DNA from: Oscillospiraceae bacterium
Lineage (GTDB): Bacteria > Bacillota > Clostridia > Oscillospirales > CAG-382
Direction: 5' to 3'
Length of the DNA: 64,000 bases
NCBI GenBank assembly: GCA_015064945.1
Contig: SVRF01000004.1
Coordinates: forward strand, 1,383-65,382
The notes beneath the pieces are model-generated. The model saw only the letters and a list, made by a program, of their open reading frames with translations. It made no database searches and was not told the origin of the DNA. This document shows, piece after piece, positions 9,453 through 18,761 of the stretch (position 1 is its first letter; every line of letters begins with the position of its first letter). The position numbers and the translations under genes are program-made.

Positions 9453-10364
9453 TTATGCTCTCTTCTTAAGAACAACAACAGCACCTGCGGAGATAACAGC
9501 GAGAACTGCGAATGCAGCAATGCCGAGGTCGCCGGTAGTAGGCTGGTCATTGTTGTTTTCAGGTTCAGAGGATTCTTCTACGGAAGATTCTTCGGAAGTT
9601 TCTTCGGAAGTTTCTTCAGAAGTGGTATCTTCAACGGGAGCTTCAGGGAGAACCTTGATAACGTCGCCGTCAGCGATGGAAGCGAGGTTGTTGGTGCCGT
9701 CGCCGATGAGCCAATCAGTAACGATGATGTCTTCTTCAGTGATTTCTGCGCCTTCTGCAACGTTGTAAGTAGCAGTAAGAACTACGTCGCCTTCGTTGTA
9801 GCCGATAGCGTCTGCGAAGGAAACGATGATGCCGTTAGCTGCAACGTCGAGATCGTTAACAACGGCACGGATGGGAGTGGTCTTGGAACCTTCAACGTAA
9901 GTGAGGTCTTCAGAGGTGGTAAGAGTGAAGCTACCGTTGCCGATGCCTGCGGGAAGAGTAACGGTGATGAGGCCGGTACCGTCTTCATTTACAGTGTAAG
10001 TAAAGGTGAAGGTGATTTCTGCGGGGCCTACAACAACGTCTTCGGAAGTTTCAGCGGAGTCTTCGGAAGTTTCAGCAGAATCTTCGGAAGTTTCAGCGGA
10101 GTCTTCAGAGGTTTCAGCGGAATCTTCGGAAGTTTCAGCGGAATCTTCGGAAGTTTCAGCAGAGTCTTCGGAAGTTTCAGCAGAGTCTTCGGAAGTTTCA
10201 GCAGAGTCTTCAGAGGTTTCAGCAGAGTCTTCGGAAGTTTCAACGGAAACTTCAGAAGTTTCTACGGATTCGTCAACGGATTCAACGGATTCTTCTGCAG
10301 ATACGGTAAAGCAAGTGAATGCTACCATAACGATTGCGAGAAGAAGAGCAATTGTCTTTCTCAT
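9453..10364 (-). CDS. cell-wall-anchored protein: signal peptide, acidic repeat stalk, divergent cohesin-like domain, sortase signal (putative anchoring scaffoldin)
   Basis: Signal peptide ending VSA; (SEDSAET)n; ~125-aa beta-rich domain with cohesin-like pattern (ITVTLPAGIGNGSFTLT..LTYVEG..GIIVSFA..GDVVLTATYNV); C-terminal QPTTGD + hydrophobic helix + KKRA. Confidence 0.7.
   Translation of the reverse strand: MRKTIALLLAIVMVAFTCFTVSAEESVESVDESVETSEVSVETSEDSAETSEDSAETSEDSAETSEDSAETSEDSAETSEDSAETSEDSAETSEDSAETSEDSAETSEDVVVGPAEITFTFTYTVNEDGTGLITVTLPAGIGNGSFTLTTSEDLTYVEGSKTTPIRAVVNDLDVAANGIIVSFADAIGYNEGDVVLTATYNVAEGAEITEEDIIVTDWLIGDGTNNLASIADGDVIKVLPEAPVEDTTSEETSEETSEESSVEESSEPENNNDQPTTGDLGIAAFAVLAVISAGAVVVLKKRA
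10039..10248. repeat. 21-bp tandem repeat, 10 copies (last one variant), encoding SEDSAET
   Basis: Unit TCTTCRGARGTTTCAGCRGAR on the + strand; the first nine copies differ only at synonymous sites. Confidence 0.95.
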
Positions 10365-10705
10365 TTTAGTTCTTTCTCCTTGATTAAATAAAAATTTTCT
10401 TTTGCTTGGGATAAATGAGTTTTGATGCGTAGGTTTTGTTTTAATTGCGTAACCCCCTCCTTTGCCCCATTAAGGACCAAACTGCGGTAAACCGCAACGA
10501 GTGCACCCTAACAGAGCAGCATAACCGGACTGACCAAAGGGCAAGCCCTATGGTCAACCACCATTATACCTGGTGCAAAGCACAGCGTGTGCAAGCACAC
10601 ATCCGTGAATTACAGGGTTAGCAAAGCAACTGCGCCCGCCACACCGAAAGCGACGGCGAGGCAGAGCGGCTGCCCCCACGCAAAGATTGTTACCCTATAA
10701 TCACC
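10365..10705 (-). ncRNA. long structured 5' leader / candidate cis-regulatory RNA
   Basis: Lies between a consensus promoter and the ATG; long stem GTGA-TTATAGGGT/ACCCTGTAA-TTCAC, nested GC hairpin, two G(CUUG)C tetraloop hairpins; G-U wobbles favour the minus strand. Confidence 0.55.
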
Positions 10706-10708
10706 TAT

Positions 10709-10737
10709 ATTATATAGCGGTGTTTGCAATTTGTCAA
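10709..10737 (-). promoter_or_regulatory. perfect-consensus sigA promoter for the anchored cohesin-like gene
   Basis: TTGACA-17 nt-TATAAT with an A-rich upstream tract. Confidence 0.85.
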
Positions 10738-10880
10738 TACTTTTTTTAAAAATTATTATGTCAATATTAACCTAATGAGCGAGTGTATTGCTGTGATTTG
10801 TAGTACAAAACACCATATTTACATTTGGGTTGATTTGCCATTCTATTTGTGTTATAATAACACGAAAGGCAGGTGTCATT

Positions 10881-11762
10881 ATGGCGGCTTGCGATATTTG
10901 TCCGAGAAGATGCGGCGTTGACCGAAACACTGCGTTTGGCTTTTGCGGCGAGGGTGCGCCGGTGCGTGTCGCGCGTGCTGCGCCCCACTATTGGGAGGAG
11001 CCGTGTATATCCGGCATAAAGGGCAGCGGCACGGTGTTTTTCAGCGGTTGCAACCTTAGATGCGCGTTTTGCCAAAACGGTGCTATATCCCACAAAGGGA
11101 TAGGCGAAAAAGTTACTGCCTGTCAGCTTGCCGATATTTTTATGCGATTGCAGGCAGAGGATGTGCACAACATAAACCTGGTTACGCCCACGCATTTTGC
11201 CGTGCAAATAAAAGAAGCCTTGTTGTCCGCAAAAAGCAAGGGGCTTTACTTACCTATCGTGTGGAACAGCGGCGGATACGAAAGCGTTGATACTTTGCGT
11301 TTGCTTAAAGACGTTATTGACATCTATATGCCCGACTTTAAATACGTAAGTGCAGATCTAAGCCGCAAATACTCCCATGCAGAGGACTATTTCTCCGTAG
11401 CGAAGGCGGCACTTGATGAGATGGTGTTGCAAAAAGGCGGTGCTGTATTTGAGGATGGGATTATGCAAAAGGGTGTGCTGGTACGGCATTTGGTTTTGCC
11501 CGGTTGTACCCATGACAGCAAAGCGGTTTTACGCTTTTTGCACCGCAGGTACGGTGCGTCTGTATACATAAGCGTAATGAAGCAATATACTCCGCCTAAG
11601 CATCCCGTACCCGACCAACTGGGACGGGCGCTTTATGAGGAGGAATACAAAGAGGTATGTGAATACGCCGAGAAGCTTGGCATAGAGCAAGGCTTTTTTC
11701 AAGAGGGAGACCCTGTAGGCGAAAGCTTTGTTCCCGATTTTGATTTAAGCGGGGTGAAATGA
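10881..11762 (+). CDS. radical SAM protein, PflX-like
   Basis: CDICPRRCGVDR, HYWEEPCISG, GTVFFSGCNLRCAFCQN (CxxxCxxC), VRHLVLPG. Confidence 0.88.
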   Translation: MAACDICPRRCGVDRNTAFGFCGEGAPVRVARAAPHYWEEPCISGIKGSGTVFFSGCNLRCAFCQNGAISHKGIGEKVTACQLADIFMRLQAEDVHNINLVTPTHFAVQIKEALLSAKSKGLYLPIVWNSGGYESVDTLRLLKDVIDIYMPDFKYVSADLSRKYSHAEDYFSVAKAALDEMVLQKGGAVFEDGIMQKGVLVRHLVLPGCTHDSKAVLRFLHRRYGASVYISVMKQYTPPKHPVPDQLGRALYEEEYKEVCEYAEKLGIEQGFFQEGDPVGESFVPDFDLSGVK

Positions 11763-12319
11763 GTTTGGTTGATAAAGAAACACTTGTAAGGGTTAAGGAC
11801 TATATACCCGATATATATGTTGACTTACCCTACAGCCGTAATGACAATTTTACGGGAAAAAGGCTTTATAATTTTAAGGATGCCTATTTACGCTACGGTA
11901 CGGTGTTAAAGCTTAAAGCCGCACAGGAATATGTGCGTGCGCACGGGGCGAGCATAATGATACTTGATGCGTACCGTCCTGCCGCCGCCCAATTTATTAT
12001 GTGGGAGGCTATGCCCGACGATGATTTTGTTGCCGACCCAAGACGGGGTTTTTCCAAGCATACGAGAGGAAGCACGGTAGATGTGACTTTGGTTACTCCC
12101 GAGGGTAGGCCTGTTGCTATGCCCTCCCCTTTTGACGATTTCAGCGGCGGAGCAAAACGGGTATACGACAACGTGCCCGAGGATGCGAGAAACAATATTC
12201 TGCTGTTGGAAGCCGCTATGGAGCAAGCAGGTTTTTGGGGCTACATAAACGAGTGGTGGCATTTTAACGACCACGATATTTACCCTGTGTTGGAAGAACC
12301 GGAGTTTTCGCTTTTATGA
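11759..12319 (+). CDS. D-alanyl-D-alanine dipeptidase (peptidase M15D, VanX/DdpX family)
   Basis: DNFTGKRLY, DAYRP, SKHTRGSTVDVTL (SxHxxGxxxD) and EWWHF. Confidence 0.9.
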   Translation: MSLVDKETLVRVKDYIPDIYVDLPYSRNDNFTGKRLYNFKDAYLRYGTVLKLKAAQEYVRAHGASIMILDAYRPAAAQFIMWEAMPDDDFVADPRRGFSKHTRGSTVDVTLVTPEGRPVAMPSPFDDFSGGAKRVYDNVPEDARNNILLLEAAMEQAGFWGYINEWWHFNDHDIYPVLEEPEFSLL

Positions 12320-12331
12320 GGAGGCGGTCTT

Positions 12332-12508
12332 ATGGAAAACAAATGCCTTAGCTGTGAATATTTCGATTATGATGACGAGACCGATACAGAAGGCTGTACC
12401 CGTGGGCTTGACGAAGATGATATGCTTAGATTTATGATGGGACAGACTGCTGCGTGTCCTTATTATAAATTCTACGACGAATACAAAACAGTAAGAAAAC
12501 AGAACTGA
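12332..12508 (+). CDS. small Cys-containing protein (DUF6472-like, 58 aa)
   Basis: GAGGAGG RBS; manual translation MENKCLSCEYFDYDDETDTEGCTRGLDEDDMLRFMMGQTAACPYYKFYDEYKTVRKQN*; below the ORF-track cutoff. Confidence 0.75.
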   Translation: MENKCLSCEYFDYDDETDTEGCTRGLDEDDMLRFMMGQTAACPYYKFYDEYKTVRKQN

Positions 12509-12518
12509 AAGGTGGGTT

Positions 12519-13712
12519 TTGACAATGATAAACAAAAAGATGGAACAGTTGGGAAAGGTGCGCTCTGTTATACGCGAGCTGTTTGAGTACGGTAAAAAGC
12601 GCAAGGCGGAGATCGGCGAGGACAAGGTGTTTGATTTCAGCTTGGGCAATCCCTCCGTACCTGCACCCGACTGTGTCAACGAAACTATAAAGGCGCTTAC
12701 CGAAGAGATGAGCTCTTTGCAGCTTCACGGCTATTCCTCTGCACAGGGCGATGCGGGTGTACGCAAATCCATTGCCGACTACTTGAACAAAGAGCACGGT
12801 GAGAGCTTCACCCCTGACAGCATTTATATGACGGTTGGTGCCGCCGCCAGCCTTACCATTTGTCTTAATGCTTTGGTATGTGACGGCGACGAGGTTATAG
12901 CTTTTGCGCCATTCTTCCCCGAATACCGCGTGTTCTCCGAAAGCGCAGGCGCTAAATTTGTTGCCCTTGCCCCCACAGAGGATTTCCAAATCGACGGAGA
13001 GGCATTTGCCGCGGCAATAAACGCAAATACCAAGGCGGTTATTGTCAACAGCCCCAACAATCCCTCCGGCGTTGTACTTACCGAGGAAAGCATAAAAACG
13101 CTTTGTGCCGTGCTTAAGGATAAAAGCAAAGAATACGGACATCCTATATATTTGATAACAGACGAGCCTTACAGAGAACTGGTTTACGACGGAGTTAAGG
13201 TACCCTTTATCACCAAGTATTACGATAACTGTCTTGTTTGCTACTCCTTCAGTAAATCCCTATCCATACCCGGTGAGCGTATCGGCTACATAGCCGTATC
13301 GCCGAGGATGAATTGTGAAAGAGACGTTTATGCGGCCATTTGCGGTGCGGGCAGAGCGCTTGGCTATGTTTGCGCTCCCTGTATGTTCCAGTTCGTTGCC
13401 GCAAGATGTTTGGGGCAAACGGCAGATGTCTCTGTCTATAAGCACAACAGAGACCTGCTTTACAACGCCCTTTGCGAATACGGCTACAAATGCGTTAAGC
13501 CTGACGGCGCTTTCTATTTGTTCCTTAAGACCCCTGAGGAAGACGCATCTGCCTTTTGCGAAAACGCAAAAAAGAAGGAGCTGTTGGTTGTACCCTCCGA
13601 CTCGTTCGGTTGCCCCGGCTATGTTAGGATATCCTACTGTGTATCCACAAAGCAGATAGAAAATGCTCTGCCCGCTTTTAAGGCATTGGCAGAGGAATAC
13701 GGCTTGAAATAA
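12519..13712 (+). CDS. PLP-dependent class I/II aminotransferase (aspartate aminotransferase-like)
   Basis: FSLGNP, NSPNNPSG, DEPYREL, SFSKSLSIPGERIGY; the true start may be ATG 12525. Confidence 0.92.
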   Translation: MTMINKKMEQLGKVRSVIRELFEYGKKRKAEIGEDKVFDFSLGNPSVPAPDCVNETIKALTEEMSSLQLHGYSSAQGDAGVRKSIADYLNKEHGESFTPDSIYMTVGAAASLTICLNALVCDGDEVIAFAPFFPEYRVFSESAGAKFVALAPTEDFQIDGEAFAAAINANTKAVIVNSPNNPSGVVLTEESIKTLCAVLKDKSKEYGHPIYLITDEPYRELVYDGVKVPFITKYYDNCLVCYSFSKSLSIPGERIGYIAVSPRMNCERDVYAAICGAGRALGYVCAPCMFQFVAARCLGQTADVSVYKHNRDLLYNALCEYGYKCVKPDGAFYLFLKTPEEDASAFCENAKKKELLVVPSDSFGCPGYVRISYCVSTKQIENALPAFKALAEEYGLK

Positions 13713-13722
13713 GGAGAGCTTT

Positions 13723-15504
13723 ATGAAAACAAGAAAAGAGATGAACCCCGAGTTTTTGTGGGACTTAAGCCATATATTCAAAGACGATTCCGCTTGGGAA
13801 GCGGCTTGTGAGGAAGCCGAAACGGCTATTGCCGCAGTTGCCGAAGCGCAAGGCACCTTGGGCGACAGCGCAGAAGCAATGAAAAAAGGCATAGGTCTTA
13901 TGTGCGATGCGGAAGAAAAGGTTATGCTTTGCTATCTGTATCCTATGCTTAAAAAGTCCACCGATGCAGGCGACAGCACTTTTCAGGCTATGGAAGCGAA
14001 GGCTATGGGGCTTATTGTAAAGCTTCAGTCTGCGGCGGCTTTCCTTAATCCCGAAATAGTTGCCATCCCCGAAGATCGTTTTGAGGAAATAGTGGCAAAC
14101 CCCATACTTAAAGACGAGCTTTTCAGTCTGCGCAAGGTAGTCAAGGCTAAGGCGCACACACTGTCAGCTGAGCAAGAGCTTATGCTGGCAAAGCTTGCCG
14201 ATGCGGCACAGACACCCGATAACGCATTCTCTATGCTTAACAACGTGGATTTGGAGTTTCCTACTATCAAGGACGCCGAAGGCAAGGATGTTCGGCTTAG
14301 CAACGGCAACTTCGGTGTTTACAGAGAAAGCCCCGTACGCAGTGTAAGAGAGGCAGCGTTTACCTCTTATTTTAACACCTTTAAAAAGTTTGAAAACACC
14401 ATTGCGGAGCTTTACAGCGGCAGCGTTAAGCTTGATTGCTATTTCGCGGACGTGCGCGGCTACAGCAGTGCCAGAGAGTCGGCGCTTTTCAACAACGATG
14501 TTCCCGAAACAGTATATGACAGCCTTATAGAAGCGGTGCACGACAGCCTGCCCTATATGCGCAAGTATTTAGAGCTTAGGAAAAAGGTTTTAGGCCTTGA
14601 AAAGATCGATTTGTTTGACCTTTACACACCTATGGTAGAGGACGTAAGCTTTGAAATGCCCTATGAAAAGTCGGTATCTCTTGTTAAGGAAGCTCTTAAA
14701 CCTCTCGGCGAAGAATACGGCAAGCTGCTTAATATGGCATTTGACAACAAGTGGATCGACGTATACGAAAACAAAGGCAAAAGAAGCGGCGCCTTTTCCT
14801 GCGGGGTACACGGCGTTCATCCCTATGTTTTGCTTAACTACACCGACACCCTTGACGACGCATTTACCCTTGCACACGAGTTGGGGCACGCAATGCACTC
14901 CTATAAGTCCTCCGAAGCCCAAAGCTTTCTTAACCACAATTACAGCATAATGGTGGCAGAGGTTGCTTCTACGGTTAACGAAGTGCTTTTGACATTACAC
15001 TTGCTTAAGACCGAGACCGACCCCAAGAGACGTGCTTACGTGCTTAACCACTTCCTCGAAAGCTTCCGTACCACCCTTTACCGCCAAACCCTGTTTGCGG
15101 AGTTTGAGAGGGAGACCCACAGTATGTGCGAAAAGGGAGAGGCGCTTACGGCACAAAGTCTTTCCGAGCTGTACAAGGGGCTTGTTTCCAAGTACTATGA
15201 AGGTGCGGAGATCAATGAGATTATGGCAAACGAATGGTCTTATATCCCCCACTTTTATACCGCATTTTATGTTTATCAATATGCTACGGGCTTTTCAAGC
15301 GCAGTAGCTATTGCAAAGAATATTTTGGAGACGGGCGATGCCACAGGATATTTGAAGTTCCTTACACTGGGCGGAAGTGACTACCCGATTGAAGAGCTTA
15401 AGGTTGCGGGCGTTGACCTTACCAAGCCTGAAACCGTTAAGAATGCGTTAGGTTTGTTTGACAGCACCATCGACGAGCTTGCAGAGCTTCTGGAGAAGCT
15501 GTAA
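13723..15504 (+). CDS. pepF: oligoendopeptidase F (peptidase M3B)
   Basis: GKRSGAFS, TLAHELGHAMHS (HExxH), AEVAST, IPHFY..FYVYQYA. Confidence 0.93.
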   Translation: MKTRKEMNPEFLWDLSHIFKDDSAWEAACEEAETAIAAVAEAQGTLGDSAEAMKKGIGLMCDAEEKVMLCYLYPMLKKSTDAGDSTFQAMEAKAMGLIVKLQSAAAFLNPEIVAIPEDRFEEIVANPILKDELFSLRKVVKAKAHTLSAEQELMLAKLADAAQTPDNAFSMLNNVDLEFPTIKDAEGKDVRLSNGNFGVYRESPVRSVREAAFTSYFNTFKKFENTIAELYSGSVKLDCYFADVRGYSSARESALFNNDVPETVYDSLIEAVHDSLPYMRKYLELRKKVLGLEKIDLFDLYTPMVEDVSFEMPYEKSVSLVKEALKPLGEEYGKLLNMAFDNKWIDVYENKGKRSGAFSCGVHGVHPYVLLNYTDTLDDAFTLAHELGHAMHSYKSSEAQSFLNHNYSIMVAEVASTVNEVLLTLHLLKTETDPKRRAYVLNHFLESFRTTLYRQTLFAEFERETHSMCEKGEALTAQSLSELYKGLVSKYYEGAEINEIMANEWSYIPHFYTAFYVYQYATGFSSAVAIAKNILETGDATGYLKFLTLGGSDYPIEELKVAGVDLTKPETVKNALGLFDSTIDELAELLEKL

Positions 15505-15558
15505 AACAACCAACATCTCACACTCGTTCGTAACGAAACCACATAACAAATAAAAAGG

Positions 15559-15591
15559 ATGCCGTGTAGGTTTTTGAAACCTACACGGCAT
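15559..15591. terminator. intrinsic terminator between convergent genes
   Basis: ATGCCGTGTAGGTTT-ttg-AAACCTACACGGCAT. Confidence 0.8.
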
Positions 15592-15607
15592 TAGTATTGT
15601 TAAGGTT

Positions 15608-16513
15608 TTATTCTGCCAAATATTCAAAAGGACCTATGAGGTCTGCATCGTACTTAAGAACGTTTGCGGCATCAAGGCTGTTGATCGTGCCGTCAAAGTT
15701 TACGTCTGCCGCCAAACTTTGGTCGTCATCCAAAGTGATAATCTTTGCATCGTGGCGAAGGATATATGCCGCATCCAAGTTGTCGGTAGAGCCGTCGCCG
15801 TTAACATCACCTATCTGATAAAAGTTTATATCTATAGTCATATCGCTTGTAACATTACCTTCTGTAACGCTGTAGGATTTGAAGCCGAAGCCTTCAACAA
15901 GAGAGATCTCGCCATCGGCAAATGAGGGAAGAATATCGGCAACAGCGGTACCTGCGGGAACGCTTATCTGAGTTTCGCCTACAACAGAACCGCCAACACC
16001 TACGTTGAAGGTAACGGTATAGTTTTCAACAAAAACAACATTTTTGTTAACGTCGCCGTCCGCCTGTGTTGCAAGTCTTGTTCTGCCGTTGGAAAGGTTC
16101 CAAAGCTTAACGTTTATATCATCACCGGTAATATCTGTGGCTGTGCCGTTAACTGCGAAGCTTACCGTAAGAACAACAGTACCTTCCGCATAATCCTCGG
16201 TATACGCAAAAGCCACGGAAAGACCGCTTACACCGTCTCTGTCATAATCTTCGTAAACGGTGCGAGAGATATCGGAAGCAAGAGATCCTTCAACAAGGCT
16301 GAGCTTATCGGAAGTATCAAAAACTATCTTACCGCTTTGTACGCCTGCAGGCAAGGTTGCGGTAAGTACGGCTGTGTTGCTGTTTTTGTCAACAACCAAG
16401 TTAAGACTGTAGGTGGGATATGAAGCCGCAAAAGCCTGCGTACCGAAAGCGCTTATCACAACAGCAAGCACAAGAACAAAAGCGATTGAAAGAGACATAC
16501 CTTTTTTAAACAT
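15608..16513 (-). CDS. secreted cohesin-like + dockerin protein (putative adaptor scaffoldin)
   Basis: Signal peptide (AFA); N-domain aligns with the 9453 domain; C-terminal duplicated Ca-loop GDVNGDGSTDNLDA / ADVNFDGTINSLDA. Confidence 0.75.
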   Translation of the reverse strand: MFKKGMSLSIAFVLVLAVVISAFGTQAFAASYPTYSLNLVVDKNSNTAVLTATLPAGVQSGKIVFDTSDKLSLVEGSLASDISRTVYEDYDRDGVSGLSVAFAYTEDYAEGTVVLTVSFAVNGTATDITGDDINVKLWNLSNGRTRLATQADGDVNKNVVFVENYTVTFNVGVGGSVVGETQISVPAGTAVADILPSFADGEISLVEGFGFKSYSVTEGNVTSDMTIDINFYQIGDVNGDGSTDNLDAAYILRHDAKIITLDDDQSLAADVNFDGTINSLDAANVLKYDADLIGPFEYLAE

Positions 16514-16573
16514 ACCAAAACTCCTTTTTGTTTGTTTACAGCGGAATATTGCGCCGTAACCTCAATTTAAATC

Positions 16574-16602
16574 ATTTTAACATATACACAGGAAATTGTC
16601 AA
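16574..16602 (-). promoter_or_regulatory. sigA promoter
   Basis: TTGACA-17 nt-TAAAAT with TG extension. Confidence 0.7.
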
Positions 16603-16652
16603 TGCTGACAAAACGCACATAAACAACTCTGTGTTTTTGTGAATTTTTCACA

Positions 16653-18671
16653 TCAGAACAATTTCACAAGCCCTGCGTCGTGCTTAAGAACTTGGGAAGC
16701 ATCCAAGCTATCCACTTCGCCGTCGCCGTTAACATCTCCCACTGCCAACTGATATACATCAAGCCCTGTCAACTCTGCATCGTAGCGAAGAATGTATGCC
16801 GCATCAAGATTATCCGTTTCGCCGTCATTGGTAACATCACCTATGGCATAGCTTAGCTCTGCCGTGCAGGAGCTTATGATTTGAGGAACACCACATCTGA
16901 TCGTACCGGTTATGGGTGTTGCCGCGCCCGACAAGGCGTTCTCGGACAGATGATAGCTGTAACTTACGGTGTTGCCGTCAACGGAAAGCTCTGTGCCCAT
17001 AACGGTGGGGGCGCTTATTATTCCGCCGTTGCCGTTGCTAAGCACAAACATATAAGCTTGGTTGGGAATAAATGTGCCCGTATACTCTATCCTGTATGTT
17101 AAAGTCTGAGCCGCATTGTTGTAAACCACGGTCACATCTTTTACAGTGCAAGCATAAATTTCGTCACCTTCGGAGCTTTCATCGGAGCTTTCAGCTTCTG
17201 AGCTTGTTTCTTCTAAATTCTCCGCATATTCCGCACGGACAACCAAGTTCATACCGCCGACGGTTATTGTCGTTGACACAGCACTTGCATCGGTTATCTC
17301 TCCGATACCTTCCACTATAGCCCAAGTGTCAAAGCGCATCCCCGCCTCGGGAGCGTCCGCAACAACTCTGATAACAGCGCCTGATTGGTAATAATCCTGT
17401 CTGTCATCGGGGTGGACCGTGCCGTTTATGACATCTACGCTGTAAAGCTGAGTAAAGCTTCCTCTTACCGTAGCGTCACCGTAAACGGTTACCGTAGTAA
17501 TTTGTGCCGTGGGGTCTGCTATTACAGCGTTGCCCTCTACAGTCCAGCCATCGAAAATGTATGCTCCACCTTCTGTTGCAAAGCGTATAGTTACCTTTTC
17601 TCCGTAGCTGTATGTGCCGCTTCCGTCACCGCCCACTACGTTAAGGGTGTACTGTGAGTCTGTATAGGTGGTTTTTATTATTACGTTGCTGTTTACGGTA
17701 AGTGCGGTGGTGCTTGCACTTGCGTCGGCAACTGTGCCGCCTACCTCTACCTCCCAGCCTGTAAACTCTTTACCTGTTACGGAGTCGGCAATTATTTCTA
17801 TTACGTCTCCCGCCTTGTAGTATTCCTTTACATCAGACTCCGCTATCTTACCGCCTGTTATGGTGACGGTGTAAAGCTCGGTATAATTTGCCTTTACCGT
17901 TGCGTTGCCGTATACGGTTACTGTAGTGCTTTGTGCGGTAGAGTCTGCTATTACAGCGTTGCCCTCTACAGTCCACCCCTCAAACTCGCAATTAGTGCCG
18001 GGGGCAGGGATAAACTCTATATCTACAACACTGCCGTAGCTGTGCACACCGCTACCTGTGCCGTCCACCACATTAAGGGTGTACTGCGATGCAGTATAAA
18101 CGGCGTTAACCGTCATATCCGATGTAACGGCGGAAAAATCTTTGTCCCACTTCACAAACTCATAGCCGGCAACGAGGGGAGCATCGGGGGCTGCGGCGGC
18201 GGTGCCGTAATCCACGGTTTGGGTTTTTAAAACCGTGCCGTCTTTGCCCACAAAGCTTACAGTAGGGTTTTTATCTATTATTACCACATCTACTGTATAA
18301 GGGGATATAATGTAAGACTGTGTACTCCGCACCGTTACACGCAAGGGCTTTGCGGCACTTGTAACAAGGCTTGTATCCACAGGAAAGCTATAGCTGAAGC
18401 TGTTATTTGCCACACCAAGCTGAGTGCCGTTAACGGTACGCATAGATATCTGCGTGCCGTTGGCGTTATTGAGTATAAACACATAGCTTTGGTTTGGAAT
18501 AAATGTGCCGCTGTATTTCACCGTGCAATTTACGGTTTCGGTCTGCGTATTATATACCGCAAGCATAGAGCTTACCTCGCAAGCGGATGTCGCATTTACG
18601 CTGATACCGCCCACCAAGCCCAGCATAAAACAAAAGCACAAAAGGCAAGCAGTTATCTTTTTAATTTTCAT
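16653..18671 (-). CDS. secreted dockerin protein with InlB-B/bacterial-repeat-like stalk and a duplicated unknown domain
   Basis: Signal peptide; repeats YTLNVV.G.GSG.YSYG..V.I...F.GW; two copies of a Y.GTFIPNQ.Y.F.L.N.NG domain; C-terminal dockerin GDVTNDGETDNLDA / GDVNGDGEVDSLDA. Confidence 0.8.
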   Translation of the reverse strand: MKIKKITACLLCFCFMLGLVGGISVNATSACEVSSMLAVYNTQTETVNCTVKYSGTFIPNQSYVFILNNANGTQISMRTVNGTQLGVANNSFSYSFPVDTSLVTSAAKPLRVTVRSTQSYIISPYTVDVVIIDKNPTVSFVGKDGTVLKTQTVDYGTAAAAPDAPLVAGYEFVKWDKDFSAVTSDMTVNAVYTASQYTLNVVDGTGSGVHSYGSVVDIEFIPAPGTNCEFEGWTVEGNAVIADSTAQSTTVTVYGNATVKANYTELYTVTITGGKIAESDVKEYYKAGDVIEIIADSVTGKEFTGWEVEVGGTVADASASTTALTVNSNVIIKTTYTDSQYTLNVVGGDGSGTYSYGEKVTIRFATEGGAYIFDGWTVEGNAVIADPTAQITTVTVYGDATVRGSFTQLYSVDVINGTVHPDDRQDYYQSGAVIRVVADAPEAGMRFDTWAIVEGIGEITDASAVSTTITVGGMNLVVRAEYAENLEETSSEAESSDESSEGDEIYACTVKDVTVVYNNAAQTLTYRIEYTGTFIPNQAYMFVLSNGNGGIISAPTVMGTELSVDGNTVSYSYHLSENALSGAATPITGTIRCGVPQIISSCTAELSYAIGDVTNDGETDNLDAAYILRYDAELTGLDVYQLAVGDVNGDGEVDSLDASQVLKHDAGLVKLF

Positions 18672-18761
18672 ATTTTTCCTCCGAACATATTTTTTTCGGC
18701 ATTGTTTTCAAGTTGATTATACCATAACAACAGACATTTGCCAATAAGTATTTTTTGGCTT

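Noticed and set aside
10039-10248. 21-bp tandem array (and the 30-bp arrays at 44758 and 60801) as possible CRISPR
   Set aside because: No unique spacers, in-frame periods with mostly synonymous variation, and no cas genes: these are coding repeats.
10365-10705. Leader as a T-box, SAM, c-di-GMP riboswitch, 6S or SRP RNA
   Set aside because: No diagnostic motifs found by eye and no terminator before the gene; kept as an unknown structured RNA pending an Rfam scan.
11759-12319. VanX-like gene as a vancomycin-resistance locus
   Set aside because: No vanH, vanA/B ligase or vanRS adjacent.
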